From a virus, in the IMG/VR virus record IMGVR_UViG_3300042311_000389, positions 6,698 through 70,697 of that record: DNA of 64,000 nt. One strand, given 5' to 3'. Shown piece by piece: positions 1 through 9,231 of this stretch. A model generated the notes under the pieces. The model made no database searches, was not told where the DNA came from, and was given only the letters and a program-made list of their open reading frames with translations. Numbering within the stretch: the first letter of the stretch is position 1; every line of letters begins with the position of its first letter. Made by a program: the position numbers and the translations under genes.

Positions 1-237
1 TTAACTTTTAAATATTCGTCCGTTAAACAAGACGATGATAATCAAATAGACATAACATCAAATAGTATTCATCCAAAAAAAGATATTATATCAATGACAC
101 TAGATGTATTTGATTTTGATATGTTAACATTTTACGATATGATTAAAGGTTATGATATCATTGAAGACATTACCGAACCATTCGACACTAAACCTTGGTT
201 AGTCAGAGATAAAATTAAAGACCTGATATTATTCTAA
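1..237 (+). CDS. 3' end of a CDS running in from outside the window; possibly a degenerate S-adenosylmethionine synthetase-like C-terminus
   Basis: Frame 1 is open from base 1 to TAA at 235-237 (...DIISMTLDVFDFD...FDTKPWLVRDKIKDLILF*) and is followed by a terminator. The ending loosely resembles the MetK FD...PWE..D tail; that product call is weak. Confidence 0.55.
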   Translation, partial: LTFKYSSVKQDDDNQIDITSNSIHPKKDIISMTLDVFDFDMLTFYDMIKGYDIIEDITEPFDTKPWLVRDKIKDLILF

Positions 238-240
238 ATA

Positions 241-268
241 AAAAAATCCCCAATCAAGGGGATTTTTT
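241..268. terminator. Bidirectional intrinsic terminator
   Basis: AAAAAATCCCC-aatcaa-GGGGATTTTTT perfect hairpin with A/T tracts on both sides, between convergent genes. Confidence 0.85.
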
Positions 269-555
269 TATAGTCCAAAATGTTCTTTAATGATTGCAAC
301 ACCTTCTTCAATTTCATCGTAATCTCTATCCGGAGCATATAGATAACTTTTATGGTCATCTGTGTCCGGTGATTCAACAACCATAAATGCGGGAACAAAT
401 TCATTCTCAGTAATTTCAACAAACATTTCGTATTCATCTTCGTGTTCATCAATATCTCTAACCTGAAATGGGATATTTGATTCCTTTAATTGTTTCTTCA
501 TTGTCTCACAGTGGGGACAACCTTTCATCGTGAAAAGAATTAGTAACTTATCCAT
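268..555 (-). CDS. Glutaredoxin/NrdH-like thioredoxin-fold protein
   Basis: 95 aa; LFTMKGCPHC active site and FVPAF cis-Pro loop. Confidence 0.85.
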   Translation of the reverse strand: MDKLLILFTMKGCPHCETMKKQLKESNIPFQVRDIDEHEDEYEMFVEITENEFVPAFMVVESPDTDDHKSYLYAPDRDYDEIEEGVAIIKEHFGL

Positions 556-871
556 TGATTAGGTTAGTTACCAATTGTTTAATTTGTCCTTCTATTTGAA
601 CACCTGTTTTAGTATCAACAACATCACCATTGTTAAACACTTTTATTGTTGGAACCGCTCTAATATTATATTTTTCAGCAAAGTCTCGGTTTTTTTCAAC
701 ATTTATTGTGTATAATTGAACTTCGGAATTTTCATTTCTAAATTCTTCAGAAACTTTTTCAAATATAGGTTTCATCATTTTGCACGGGCCACACCATTCG
801 GTATATCCATCAATAATTAATTTTTCACCATTGTTAATTTTTTCCTGTAATAATTCTTGTGTAATTTCCAT
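548..871 (-). CDS. trxA: Thioredoxin
   Basis: 107 aa; canonical WCGPC and AVPT motifs. Confidence 0.93.
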   Translation of the reverse strand: MEITQELLQEKINNGEKLIIDGYTEWCGPCKMMKPIFEKVSEEFRNENSEVQLYTINVEKNRDFAEKYNIRAVPTIKVFNNGDVVDTKTGVQIEGQIKQLVTNLING

Positions 872-873
872 TC

Positions 874-1194
874 TTAATCTTTTTTTGTTAATCGTTTTAT
901 TTGTAGTAAAATATAATCCACTACGTTTTGTTTATCCACCTTTGTTAATATAAATATCTTAGTTTGTGACTTCCGTAAAATTAAAATACCGGTAGAGTCA
1001 TATTCATATAATCTGTCTTTATAAACTATCTCGTGTTCATTATTTACAAAATAGTCAAACCACAATGTATGTGATTTATTTAATAATTTGTCTGTGTCTT
1101 CTTTAGACATAGTTGGATACACCTCTACAATACTAGGGTGAACTCCAAACCTTTCTTTAAAGGTATCTACGCAATGTTGTGGTATTTCTTTCAT
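874..1194 (-). CDS. Hypothetical protein
   Basis: 106 aa ORF tightly packed in the operon; no recognised motif. Confidence 0.7.
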   Translation of the reverse strand: MKEIPQHCVDTFKERFGVHPSIVEVYPTMSKEDTDKLLNKSHTLWFDYFVNNEHEIVYKDRLYEYDSTGILILRKSQTKIFILTKVDKQNVVDYILLQIKRLTKKD

Positions 1195-1195
1195 C

Positions 1196-2944
1196 TTAAA
1201 AATCTAATGCGTCCGGGTCATTATAGACGGGAACAATGTTATAATTATACGAATTTAATTTCATAATTGAATCGTTTTCCCAACATAATTGTTGTTCAGT
1301 CATATCTTTTCCGGTTTTAGTTACAGAATATCTTACCACTTCTTTTGTTCCCCAATCAGAGAACAATTCTTTATTTTTAAACTCACCTTTAATCTGTAAG
1401 GTATCGAACAAATCCTCATAATGGTAAATTCTATTATCCAATTTAATTAATGCGTCATTCCAACTTTCATCCAATCTATCATTACGTTTACCTAAAGTTT
1501 GAGCTCTCGCTAAATCAAACGTATTATGTTGAGAAGGTAAAGTAATACGATATTCAATTGACGCTCTCTCTTCTTCATTACCCTCACCTCGTCTCATAGA
1601 TATCAATAAGGAATCAATTCTTCTAACATATGTCTTAACACAATTAGATTGAAATGACGACTCGTTGTTGTATCGTTTAGATGTTGTTAACACCTCCGGA
1701 TAGTATGGACCATCTTTGGTCAAGATAACCTCATTCACCTTATCCACAAACTCTTGGTTGTAGATTCTAGTAAAATCACCATTGGTATAATGGTTGTATT
1801 TCTCTGACCAATCGTAATGTTCTTGAACAAACTCATCGTGAGTTCTTGATGTCCATTTAACTGTCTCCATTTGGTCTAACAAACGATAAAATCTAAAGTG
1901 GTCATCAATTACAGTATGATTAATTAATCCTTTTTTAAATAATTTATATATCTCAAAAAAATTAGAGAACTCCTTTTTTGTCAATAAACCTTTCCCAATA
2001 TTATTATGAAACAGAGTCTGAGACTTCTCTAATAACAATTGAATAAACTCGTCCGGTTGATTTAAAATAAACTTCTCACCAAATATTTCACAAGCGTTGG
2101 TGAAAGTATTTGAACTTTCAAACGATTTAACATTATGTAATGCTCGTTTAACTTTATCCCCCTTTAAATTATGAACCCTCATTAAAGCATCAATATACTT
2201 ATATCCACACTTTACCAAATCTTTCTTCTTTGGTTGGGGATAGGTATTCATAAGTTCAAACCAATTGTTCGGAACTTTGGTTCCTTGAGCGTCCAAATAT
2301 CTTTTATAGATTCTTTGTTCAGGAAGTAAATCAGCATATAGTTCAGTTCCGGGAATGGCATTAACAAAGGTTGAGATTACCTGATTGATAATTGTTGGGA
2401 TATCCACTACTTTTTTATCAACTATTGTATTCAACGAATCTCTTAAATGTCGTCTCATATTATTAATAGGGTCGTGGCTAAACATAACTCTACTAACTCT
2501 TTTACGACATTTTCTTTTCAAATGGTAGTTGTCTAATGAACCGGTGTATAATGCGTTTGTTTTATAGTTAAACGTAATAAATTTACAATTAGTCCGAACT
2601 TTAAACCACTTACCAGCAACTCGTCTTGTTTTAATATAACTGAATACCTTGAAGGAAACTTTATCATTCTCTTTAGTCACACAGATAATCACTCTATTAA
2701 AAAATAATTGAGCAAGTGGGTTCCCGTAATGTTCTACAAATTTTTCTTCTGTATCATAATCCGCATTAAAAGTATAGTCACCCCAAGGCGTATAACTTGT
2801 ATGTCTATTGGACCCTAAATTAACTTCAATTGTCCCCCAAAAATCATCCTCAACTTCTTTTTTAAGAGGACGAATAGGATTCGTGTCCGAGTATTCCGAC
2901 ACGTTATATCTTTTTACGGTATAATTAAATAATTCTTCTTTCAT
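1196..2944 (-). CDS. PcfJ-domain-like protein
   Basis: C-terminal ESSFQSNCVKTY...ASIEY...Q pattern typical of PcfJ-like phage proteins. Start moved to ATG at 2944 (MKEELF), downstream of a TAnnTTTG promoter. Confidence 0.6.
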   Translation of the reverse strand: MKEELFNYTVKRYNVSEYSDTNPIRPLKKEVEDDFWGTIEVNLGSNRHTSYTPWGDYTFNADYDTEEKFVEHYGNPLAQLFFNRVIICVTKENDKVSFKVFSYIKTRRVAGKWFKVRTNCKFITFNYKTNALYTGSLDNYHLKRKCRKRVSRVMFSHDPINNMRRHLRDSLNTIVDKKVVDIPTIINQVISTFVNAIPGTELYADLLPEQRIYKRYLDAQGTKVPNNWFELMNTYPQPKKKDLVKCGYKYIDALMRVHNLKGDKVKRALHNVKSFESSNTFTNACEIFGEKFILNQPDEFIQLLLEKSQTLFHNNIGKGLLTKKEFSNFFEIYKLFKKGLINHTVIDDHFRFYRLLDQMETVKWTSRTHDEFVQEHYDWSEKYNHYTNGDFTRIYNQEFVDKVNEVILTKDGPYYPEVLTTSKRYNNESSFQSNCVKTYVRRIDSLLISMRRGEGNEEERASIEYRITLPSQHNTFDLARAQTLGKRNDRLDESWNDALIKLDNRIYHYEDLFDTLQIKGEFKNKELFSDWGTKEVVRYSVTKTGKDMTEQQLCWENDSIMKLNSYNYNIVPVYNDPDALDF

Positions 2945-2962
2945 CAGGTTTATTTTGAACCA

Positions 2963-2970
2963 CAAAAGTA
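2963..2970 (-). promoter_or_regulatory. Bacteroidota-type -7 promoter element (TACTTTTG)
   Basis: Matches TAnnTTTG and ends 18 nt upstream of the ATG at 2944. Confidence 0.65.
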
Positions 2971-2994
2971 AGACATTAAATTTGAATATACAAA

Positions 2995-3285
2995 TTAATT
3001 AAGGGAAAAGTGAGCAAATTGTGTGTGATAAATTATGGACTTAATCTTATCCATATCAACCTCATCGTTTTGAGATTTTTTAAGTTCCACAACAATAGAT
3101 ATGATTTGTTTTTGGGTTAAGGAAACATCCTCTCCGTTCTCAATATTATCTAATGATTGTTGTTTTACTCTGTCGTAGAAGTCATCCTTTAAAACATCCC
3201 CAATTAACTGAAGTAAGTCATTGGGGTTGTTATTAAAGAAAGTTATAAATTGATTAATGTAGATTTCAACGTCAACATTTTTCAT
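2995..3285 (-). CDS. Hypothetical protein
   Basis: 96 aa ORF with an AT-rich leader. Confidence 0.7.
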   Translation of the reverse strand: MKNVDVEIYINQFITFFNNNPNDLLQLIGDVLKDDFYDRVKQQSLDNIENGEDVSLTQKQIISIVVELKKSQNDEVDMDKIKSIIYHTQFAHFSLN

Positions 3286-3302
3286 AGTAGTAATTTTTTA
3301 AA

Positions 3303-4697
3303 TTATTCTTCCATATGGTAGAAACCGTCACCTGAATTGTATTTTTCTAACGATTCAGGAACTTGAACATTCGGACATCTACTTACATTTAAAAATGTAA
3401 GGTTTGGTAATGTTGTAACACATTCAGGAATTGTTCTTAATTCTCTGTTACCAGGGAAAGCTAAGAACACTAAGTTTTTTAATTCACAGATTGAATCCGG
3501 AACTTTACTAATCATATTTTCAAACAAAATAGCTGTTAACGATGTGAATCGACTGATTGTGTCCGGAACATCAATATTAACATTTTCATTTGACGTGTTA
3601 ATAATATTTAATCTTTTGATTGTTGTTGGTAATGAGTTGAATAATTCTTCAAAACCATATAATGCTACGAACTTACCTGTTGCGGAGTCCGGATATTTAA
3701 TCTCAACATTATCCGAATTTGGTTTAACAAATCCTGCAGCAAATTCAGGTTTGAATATTTCTTTAAACTCAGACCATTTTCCATTTAAATACTCAACAAC
3801 CGGGATGTTACCTCCGTGTTGGTTAGCAAATTTAAATTGGTTTGATGGGAAGTGGAATTGATATCTTTCAGATGGCAATCCTGTAACCTCACCTACTTTA
3901 CCTTTATCATCATTAGCAATGAAAATATATAACGGACCTTGATTTCTATAAGTGTTTGAATAACTTGAGTTTTCTGCTGCAGTACACCAATTGGTTTCAC
4001 CTCTATCAAGACCACCATTATATCCTCCGAAATAAGACGCCGCCTTAGAACCTAAAGCCCCTTTGTCAGCAATTTTGATTAAGGTATATTCAGAACCAAC
4101 TTTTAAGATTTCAGCACCAGGAATATTATAGTTTGTGTTAACCGCAGCTCCCACCTCTTTCTTAACTTTTTTACCACGATACATATTTAAATCAACAGTT
4201 TCACCATCACCCACTTTAACTTTCAAGTGTGATAAGTCACTTAATGATTTAACATTATTAATATCTTTTTTAGATGCGTCCTCTAAACTACCTTTAAATC
4301 TATCGTATTTCACTAATAACTCAGTGAATTGAGATAAATCTTCTAAGAAAAGTCTTCTATATTCGTTTGCCTTTGCTTTATATTCGTCAGAACCAACTTC
4401 AATTGGTTCGTTAGTCACTTCTCTAGTAAGGGTTGGTTTAACAAATAAATTCAACAACCATTGTGTATATTTACCAACTTTAACTTTGTCACTTGTCATA
4501 TCTTCAACAGACGCAGCTTCTTTGTCATAGTTTTCAGGAACTCTTGTTGTTGGGTCAGCAAAAACTATTTGCTTAACAACCTCAAATGGTAAAATACCTT
4601 TTTTTCTGTCACCACTAGGTAAAACATATTTCTTGTATAATATTTGAAAACGAGCGTCTTCAGTAATTAAGTTCGATAATACTTTTGTAATCTTCAT
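3303..4697 (-). CDS. Phage protein with a TxWC-motif domain and C-terminal leucine-rich repeats
   Basis: TNWCTAA...GPLYIF...RYQFHF core. C-terminal LRRs (VPDTISRFTSLTAILF, VPDSICELKNLVFLAF, IPECVTTLPNLTFLNV). N-terminus MKITKVLSNLITE. Confidence 0.75.
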   Translation of the reverse strand: MKITKVLSNLITEDARFQILYKKYVLPSGDRKKGILPFEVVKQIVFADPTTRVPENYDKEAASVEDMTSDKVKVGKYTQWLLNLFVKPTLTREVTNEPIEVGSDEYKAKANEYRRLFLEDLSQFTELLVKYDRFKGSLEDASKKDINNVKSLSDLSHLKVKVGDGETVDLNMYRGKKVKKEVGAAVNTNYNIPGAEILKVGSEYTLIKIADKGALGSKAASYFGGYNGGLDRGETNWCTAAENSSYSNTYRNQGPLYIFIANDDKGKVGEVTGLPSERYQFHFPSNQFKFANQHGGNIPVVEYLNGKWSEFKEIFKPEFAAGFVKPNSDNVEIKYPDSATGKFVALYGFEELFNSLPTTIKRLNIINTSNENVNIDVPDTISRFTSLTAILFENMISKVPDSICELKNLVFLAFPGNRELRTIPECVTTLPNLTFLNVSRCPNVQVPESLEKYNSGDGFYHMEE

Positions 4698-4712
4698 TTT
4701 AATTGTTTTTAT

Positions 4713-4720
4713 TATAAATA
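4713..4720 (-). promoter_or_regulatory. Putative phage (late) promoter TATTTATA
   Basis: TATTTATAATAAAAAC lies just upstream of ATG 4697; the identical 16-mer lies upstream of ATG 10498. Confidence 0.6.
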
Positions 4721-4772
4721 TTTGTTTTTTGTAAATAATTCATCAAACATCATTTACTTTTGTTCGAGTTGA

Positions 4773-4780
4773 CAAAGATA
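4773..4780 (-). promoter_or_regulatory. Bacteroidota-type -7 promoter element (TATCTTTG)
   Basis: TAnnTTTG match in the intergenic region upstream of the LRR gene. Confidence 0.55.
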
Positions 4781-4803
4781 ATAGTTATTTTTTATAACAC
4801 AAA

Positions 4804-5652
4804 CTATTTTTGGTAATTCATAATTAGAAGTTCTTCCCCCATATTTTGAGTTTTCCCCTTCTTAGCCGCCGCTGCCTTAGCAAACTCTTTCTTCTCCCAC
4901 ACATATTGAAGTTGTGGGAACCAAGTATGTAATTGAGGAAAATCATAATAAGATAAGGAAAACTTTCCTTGAGTGGATTTTAAACAATCCGCCAATCTCT
5001 CGTGGTCCTTACTATCAAAGTCGTGGTTATTATAATAGTTCTCAGTTTTCCAATATGGTGGGTCAGCATAAACATAAGTAGATGGACTATCGTATTTTTG
5101 AATAACCTCTTCAAAGTCCATATTTTCCACCTTAGTAATCTTTAAGAAATGTTCTACCCAATCCGGTTTAGATAACTTATCTCTGAATGTTAGATACTTT
5201 GATTTATATTTCCCTTTCAAATCTATAAATGAACTTGTTTCCGGTTTAGAACCCGAGAATACCTGAGCCAATACATAAGCGTATTTTGCAGCAACAACGT
5301 AATCGTAAGCCTGTAAGCTTAAATTCTCATTAAAAATTTCAGCTTGAAAGCTGATAAATTGTTCTTTGTAGATATCCGGTGTTGGAAACTCCCCTCTTTG
5401 TTGACAAGGAATGTTATTCACTTCTTCTAATAATCTCTCAGGATTCTGAAGACATTGAAATAAATTGTAGTTAAGTGGGTTAAAGTCGTTATAAACAACT
5501 TCTTTTAAATTGGGGTATTTGGTTAAGTCCATATTAAAAAACACCCAAAACATACCTGAAAATGGTTCTATGTATGTTTCAATGTCATTAGGTATGAATG
5601 GAACAATCCATTTACCTATTTTTGATTTACCCCCGATGTACGATAATGCCAT
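4804..5652 (-). CDS. dam: D12-class N6-adenine DNA methyltransferase (Dam family)
   Basis: YIGGKS, YIEPFSG (motif I) and DPPY (motif IV). Start set at ATG 5652 (MALSY). Target sequence unknown. Confidence 0.9.
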   Translation of the reverse strand: MALSYIGGKSKIGKWIVPFIPNDIETYIEPFSGMFWVFFNMDLTKYPNLKEVVYNDFNPLNYNLFQCLQNPERLLEEVNNIPCQQRGEFPTPDIYKEQFISFQAEIFNENLSLQAYDYVVAAKYAYVLAQVFSGSKPETSSFIDLKGKYKSKYLTFRDKLSKPDWVEHFLKITKVENMDFEEVIQKYDSPSTYVYADPPYWKTENYYNNHDFDSKDHERLADCLKSTQGKFSLSYYDFPQLHTWFPQLQYVWEKKEFAKAAAAKKGKTQNMGEELLIMNYQK

Positions 5653-5667
5653 AATTTTTCTTTTTAA

Positions 5668-5730
5668 CAAATATAAGAATAAAAAAGTAAAAAAGCAAGT
5701 TTCTCTTTTAAATATTTTTTATTATCTTTG
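5668..5730. promoter_or_regulatory. Divergent pair of Bacteroidota-type -7 elements
   Basis: TATATTTG on the minus strand (5668-5675) before dam, and TATCTTTG on the plus strand (5723-5730) before ATG 5753. Confidence 0.6.
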
Positions 5731-5752
5731 TTGTAAATTAATATTTACTACT

Positions 5753-5971
5753 ATGGAACCAATTAAAGGACAAATTATTGAGGAGAGAGACATTAACAGT
5801 GTTGACGTAGAATCATTTGAAACCCCAAAAAAAGAATGTAAATCTTGTAAACAAAAAGGTTTAACTAAAGGTCAACAAGGTTTGGCTTTATTAGGGACTT
5901 ACCTACTATTTGCATCAATTTACGGGACTATTAAATTAGTTAAAGACATATTAAATTATTTTGGATATTAA
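5753..5971 (+). CDS. Small CxxC membrane-anchored protein
   Basis: 72 aa from ATG 5753 (MEPIKG...ECKSCKQK) with a C-terminal hydrophobic helix (GLALLGTYLLFASIYGTI). The upstream part of the track ORF is antisense to dam. Confidence 0.7.
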   Translation: MEPIKGQIIEERDINSVDVESFETPKKECKSCKQKGLTKGQQGLALLGTYLLFASIYGTIKLVKDILNYFGY

Positions 5972-6882
5972 TTCCTATCAAACTTCACAAATAATTTAAT
6001 AAATAAATCACCACTATTATGATACCCTTTAGATTTAACTCTAAGGGGTTTTGATGTATCAAATGTTTTTGGTAGTTTAATAGATAAATCACCTTGAGGA
6101 TGAGCAATATTTAAAGTATCTTTAGACAACTCATTTAAATTAAAATACGCATTATAAATTAAATCATAACCTGATTTATCAAAATTGTTTTCTTCACGTA
6201 CTTTAATTCTTAAAACTAAATTACCGTACATCCCATCTTTGTAGTCACCCTTATCTTGTAATCTTAAAAATTGACCATCATCGACACCGTGAGGTAATTT
6301 AACAGAAACAGTCTCATTAGTTTTAACAGTAGTTTTTCCGTGACAAGTACCACAAGTTGTTTTGTAAGTAAAACCATTACCACCACAACCACCACAAGCT
6401 TGTCTTATCATCTGCACAAATAATCCAGTACCAATTCTTTGGATAATAAATCCCTCACCGTTACAAGTTGAACAATTTACTCGTTCACCACCGTTACCAT
6501 TACATCCACCACACTTAGATTCTCTAACATAATTTATTGTCTTATCAGAACCATTAAAAGATTCTAACGCCCCAATAGTAACTTCAATAACTTTATCCGG
6601 AACCGCACGTCTCCTTTGAGTGTGCATCTGATTAAACATATCTTCAAAAGGGTTGAATCCTCCTCCACCCATATTAGCAAATGGATTTCGTTTTTGATTA
6701 TCGTATTGACTTCGTTTATTTTCGTCACCTATTGTATCATATGCCTCTGAAATTTTCTTAAACTTATTTTCATCCCCTCCTTTATCCGGATGATGCTCAA
6801 CCGCTAACTTTCTATAAGTTTTTTTTATTTCGTCTTGTGAGGCATTTTCATTAACACCCAATATTTGATAAAAATCTTCCAT
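5968..6882 (-). CDS. dnaJ: DnaJ (class A J-domain chaperone)
   Basis: J domain with HPD, short G/F region, four CxxCxGxG-type repeats and a C-terminal substrate-binding domain. Confidence 0.93.
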   Translation of the reverse strand: MEDFYQILGVNENASQDEIKKTYRKLAVEHHPDKGGDENKFKKISEAYDTIGDENKRSQYDNQKRNPFANMGGGGFNPFEDMFNQMHTQRRRAVPDKVIEVTIGALESFNGSDKTINYVRESKCGGCNGNGGERVNCSTCNGEGFIIQRIGTGLFVQMIRQACGGCGGNGFTYKTTCGTCHGKTTVKTNETVSVKLPHGVDDGQFLRLQDKGDYKDGMYGNLVLRIKVREENNFDKSGYDLIYNAYFNLNELSKDTLNIAHPQGDLSIKLPKTFDTSKPLRVKSKGYHNSGDLFIKLFVKFDRN

Positions 6883-6920
6883 TCTTTACTTAGTTTATAT
6901 TTAAAGTTAAATTATATATT

Positions 6921-7565
6921 ATGAATTATTTAATTGTTCTATTTAAAAATAAAGTAAAAAAGAAAATAATCAAGAAGTTTAAGACCTCAAATCGAGCGAA
7001 TACTTTCTACGAATCTTTATTGGAAACTAGTGACAATGTTATTTTTGATAAACAATATGAAAATGGATTCTTATCAAAATACGAAATCGCAATACTTGAA
7101 AAAGTATCGGGGACTTTCTTACCTGTATTTTTAAAAGACGAATTAGGTAGGAATATTAAAGTAGACTTAGAGGATGATGATTTTTCTATTAAAAAAATTA
7201 ACCCATATCACATTGATGAATTTATTTTAGACACCTCCTTAAATAAAAAAATAAACTCTAAGGAGTTTATTAAATTATATTTAGACCCAACGGGATTTAA
7301 ATTAGTGTCAAAGTTAAATAATAAAATTGTAGTTCAGAATGACGATAAATTTAATTTATTCACATTAAAAAATGATTACGATTCAAGTAGATTCATAGAT
7401 TCTATTTCAGAATTTTTTATGGAACAAAAAAGATTTGATTGTATGTTTGTCAAAGACTATTCAAACGCTCAAAGAAAATATCTTTATAATTTATTAATTG
7501 AAAATGGGTTTTCTAAGTCTTACTTACAACGTCAGACAACGACCCATCCTTCAATAAAAACATAA
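6921..7565 (+). CDS. Hypothetical protein
   Basis: 214 aa ORF filling the gap, divergent from dnaJ. Confidence 0.75.
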   Translation: MNYLIVLFKNKVKKKIIKKFKTSNRANTFYESLLETSDNVIFDKQYENGFLSKYEIAILEKVSGTFLPVFLKDELGRNIKVDLEDDDFSIKKINPYHIDEFILDTSLNKKINSKEFIKLYLDPTGFKLVSKLNNKIVVQNDDKFNLFTLKNDYDSSRFIDSISEFFMEQKRFDCMFVKDYSNAQRKYLYNLLIENGFSKSYLQRQTTTHPSIKT

Positions 7566-7767
7566 ATTCTATACCCGATATATCAATTTTAAATTGTTTA
7601 AAGTCTCTATCAACATCTCTAAAGTTTTTTTGAACTTTTTTATAATCATCATACTTAAGTTCCATCGCAACAGCCATAGTCCCATCCGGAAATAGCGTTT
7701 GTAATCCATCAGCAACAAGTGCTAATTTTTCTATTATCCCATCAATACTTTGAACAGTCTCTCCCAT
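7513..7767 (-). CDS. Hypothetical protein
   Basis: 84 aa; last gene of an overlapping minus-strand run. Confidence 0.65.
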   Translation of the reverse strand: MGETVQSIDGIIEKLALVADGLQTLFPDGTMAVAMELKYDDYKKVQKNFRDVDRDFKQFKIDISGIEFMFLLKDGSLSDVVSKT

Positions 7768-7934
7768 AATGTTAGTTTTTTAGGTGGTTCAGGTGGTTTT
7801 GGGAGAATATCATCTTTTGATAACCCTCTTAATTGACCTATAATTTTATTTTTTTCTTTTTCAAGTTGTTTTGGAGTGTTAACGATATCATTCCCCAGTA
7901 ACTCCAACTCTTTCAATGCTTTCTTCTTCATCAA
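7734..7934 (-). CDS. Hypothetical protein with C-terminal amphipathic helix
   Basis: 66 aa ending PPKKLTLWERLFKVLMG, which resembles a membrane-targeting sequence. Confidence 0.6.
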   Translation of the reverse strand: MMKKKALKELELLGNDIVNTPKQLEKEKNKIIGQLRGLSKDDILPKPPEPPKKLTLWERLFKVLMG

Positions 7935-8316
7935 CTAATTCTATTTTACCGGTCTTTAATTCAAAGTTAAGGTTTTTTAAATTATTTAAATTTTCTTTTT
8001 CAAATATTGTTTTTAACTCTTCAACTTTGTTTTGAAATAATCTTTCTTTTTCCTCTCTATCGTGATTGTACTTAATAATGTTTTTTAAATTTTGAGACAT
8101 TCTTTCAACAGACTCTTCATTTATTTCAGAAACAAATGAAAAAAATCTTTCACCACTAGTTTTACTAGTTTGTTCCATTACTTTATCTTCATCGACAAAT
8201 TTTTTCGGTAATTTCCAAGTTGTTGGAAAACTAACATCAAAACTTAAATAACTCTCCAATTTTCTAACGGATTGTAAATAAGGTAATAATGCGGAAAATT
8301 CTTTATATAAACTCAT
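7888..8316 (-). CDS. Hypothetical protein with coiled-coil C-terminus
   Basis: 142 aa; E/K-rich heptads. Confidence 0.75.
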   Translation of the reverse strand: MSLYKEFSALLPYLQSVRKLESYLSFDVSFPTTWKLPKKFVDEDKVMEQTSKTSGERFFSFVSEINEESVERMSQNLKNIIKYNHDREEKERLFQNKVEELKTIFEKENLNNLKNLNFELKTGKIELVDEEESIERVGVTGE

Positions 8317-8318
8317 AA

Positions 8319-8507
8319 TTAATTTTTAATAATAAATGTTAAACAATATGATATTGCAAATCCAAGAAATATAAGTTCCCATTTACCCCACACAATTGGC
8401 TTAGGTGGGTTTGAAAATAGGGAACTTATTATTCTACCAACCGTTCTTAAAACGGTCAAAACAGAAAAGATAAATACAAATAAAAATATTGTATTAAGAT
8501 TATCCAT
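8319..8507 (-). CDS. Small two-helix membrane protein
   Basis: 62 aa with two hydrophobic segments; its ATG overlaps the upstream TAA (TAATG). Confidence 0.7.
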   Translation of the reverse strand: MDNLNTIFLFVFIFSVLTVLRTVGRIISSLFSNPPKPIVWGKWELIFLGFAISYCLTFIIKN

Positions 8508-8683
8508 TACTCGTCTTTTTTTCTTTCAGATAAAATCTCTTTTCTTAGACTATCTAATAATTTTTTTAAATCTTGTGCAGATTTTCTAGCTCTTGTTCCA
8601 GCACTGTTATTACCACCAAAAAATTTTGTGGTGTCTACTGATAATTCTTCAACTAAAGCTTTAATTTGTTCTAATGTTTCCAT
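8507..8683 (-). CDS. Histone H1-like Hc1-family nucleoid protein (not in the ORF track)
   Basis: Hand translation: METLEQIKALVEELSVDTTKFFGGNNSAGTRARKSAQDLKKLLDSLRKEILSERKKDE* (58 aa). GNxxAGTRARK is the Hc1-family signature. Confidence 0.85.
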   Translation of the reverse strand: METLEQIKALVEELSVDTTKFFGGNNSAGTRARKSAQDLKKLLDSLRKEILSERKKDE

Positions 8684-8763
8684 TTGAATTGTTTTAATAA
8701 ATTTATTTTTATATTGATAAAAGTAATTTTTTTTACCCTATAGTAAATACTATCCGTGTTTTT

Positions 8764-9231
8764 TTAATATTGGACGTGTTTATCAAGGATTTTATATATG
8801 GTTGTTACCATATCTAAATCTGATTTTGTAAATGATTTTTTGTAATTGAATAGGTCGGTGAAGAAATGACCTATTGAGGTCTTAACCTTATATTCTTTTT
8901 GACTATAAAACGTTTCATCAAAAAATGATTCAAAATAATCAAAGTGACCACCTTTTTCATCAAATTTTATGTTTTCCTGACCAAAATTAGTGATTACCTT
9001 ATTCCAACACCATTCAAAGTGATTTCGTTTATCATCATCAGTTAAATCAATCTTAATCTCATTAGACGAATCTAATTCCCCTAAATAAGTGTTTAAGATT
9101 AATTGATTAAGTGAATGCGTTAAATCAGAATACAATTCCATTTTTTCCGGAATTATATTATTACTCTTAAACCAAAGGTCTACTTCTTCAGGTAATAAAG
9201 GTTTTGATATGTAGCTAAAAAAATTCTCCAT
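8764..9231 (-). CDS. Hypothetical protein
   Basis: 155 aa from ATG 9231 (MENFFSY); the longer track start overlaps the upstream gene. Confidence 0.7.
   Translation of the reverse strand: MENFFSYISKPLLPEEVDLWFKSNNIIPEKMELYSDLTHSLNQLILNTYLGELDSSNEIKIDLTDDDKRNHFEWCWNKVITNFGQENIKFDEKGGHFDYFESFFDETFYSQKEYKVKTSIGHFFTDLFNYKKSFTKSDLDMVTTIYKILDKHVQY

Noticed and set aside
4804-5652. Restriction-modification system
   Set aside because: No adjacent restriction endonuclease; it looks like an orphan protective methylase.
5510-5752. N-terminal extension of the plus-strand 153-aa ORF
   Set aside because: It overlaps dam antisense and the promoter region; the better start is ATG 5753.
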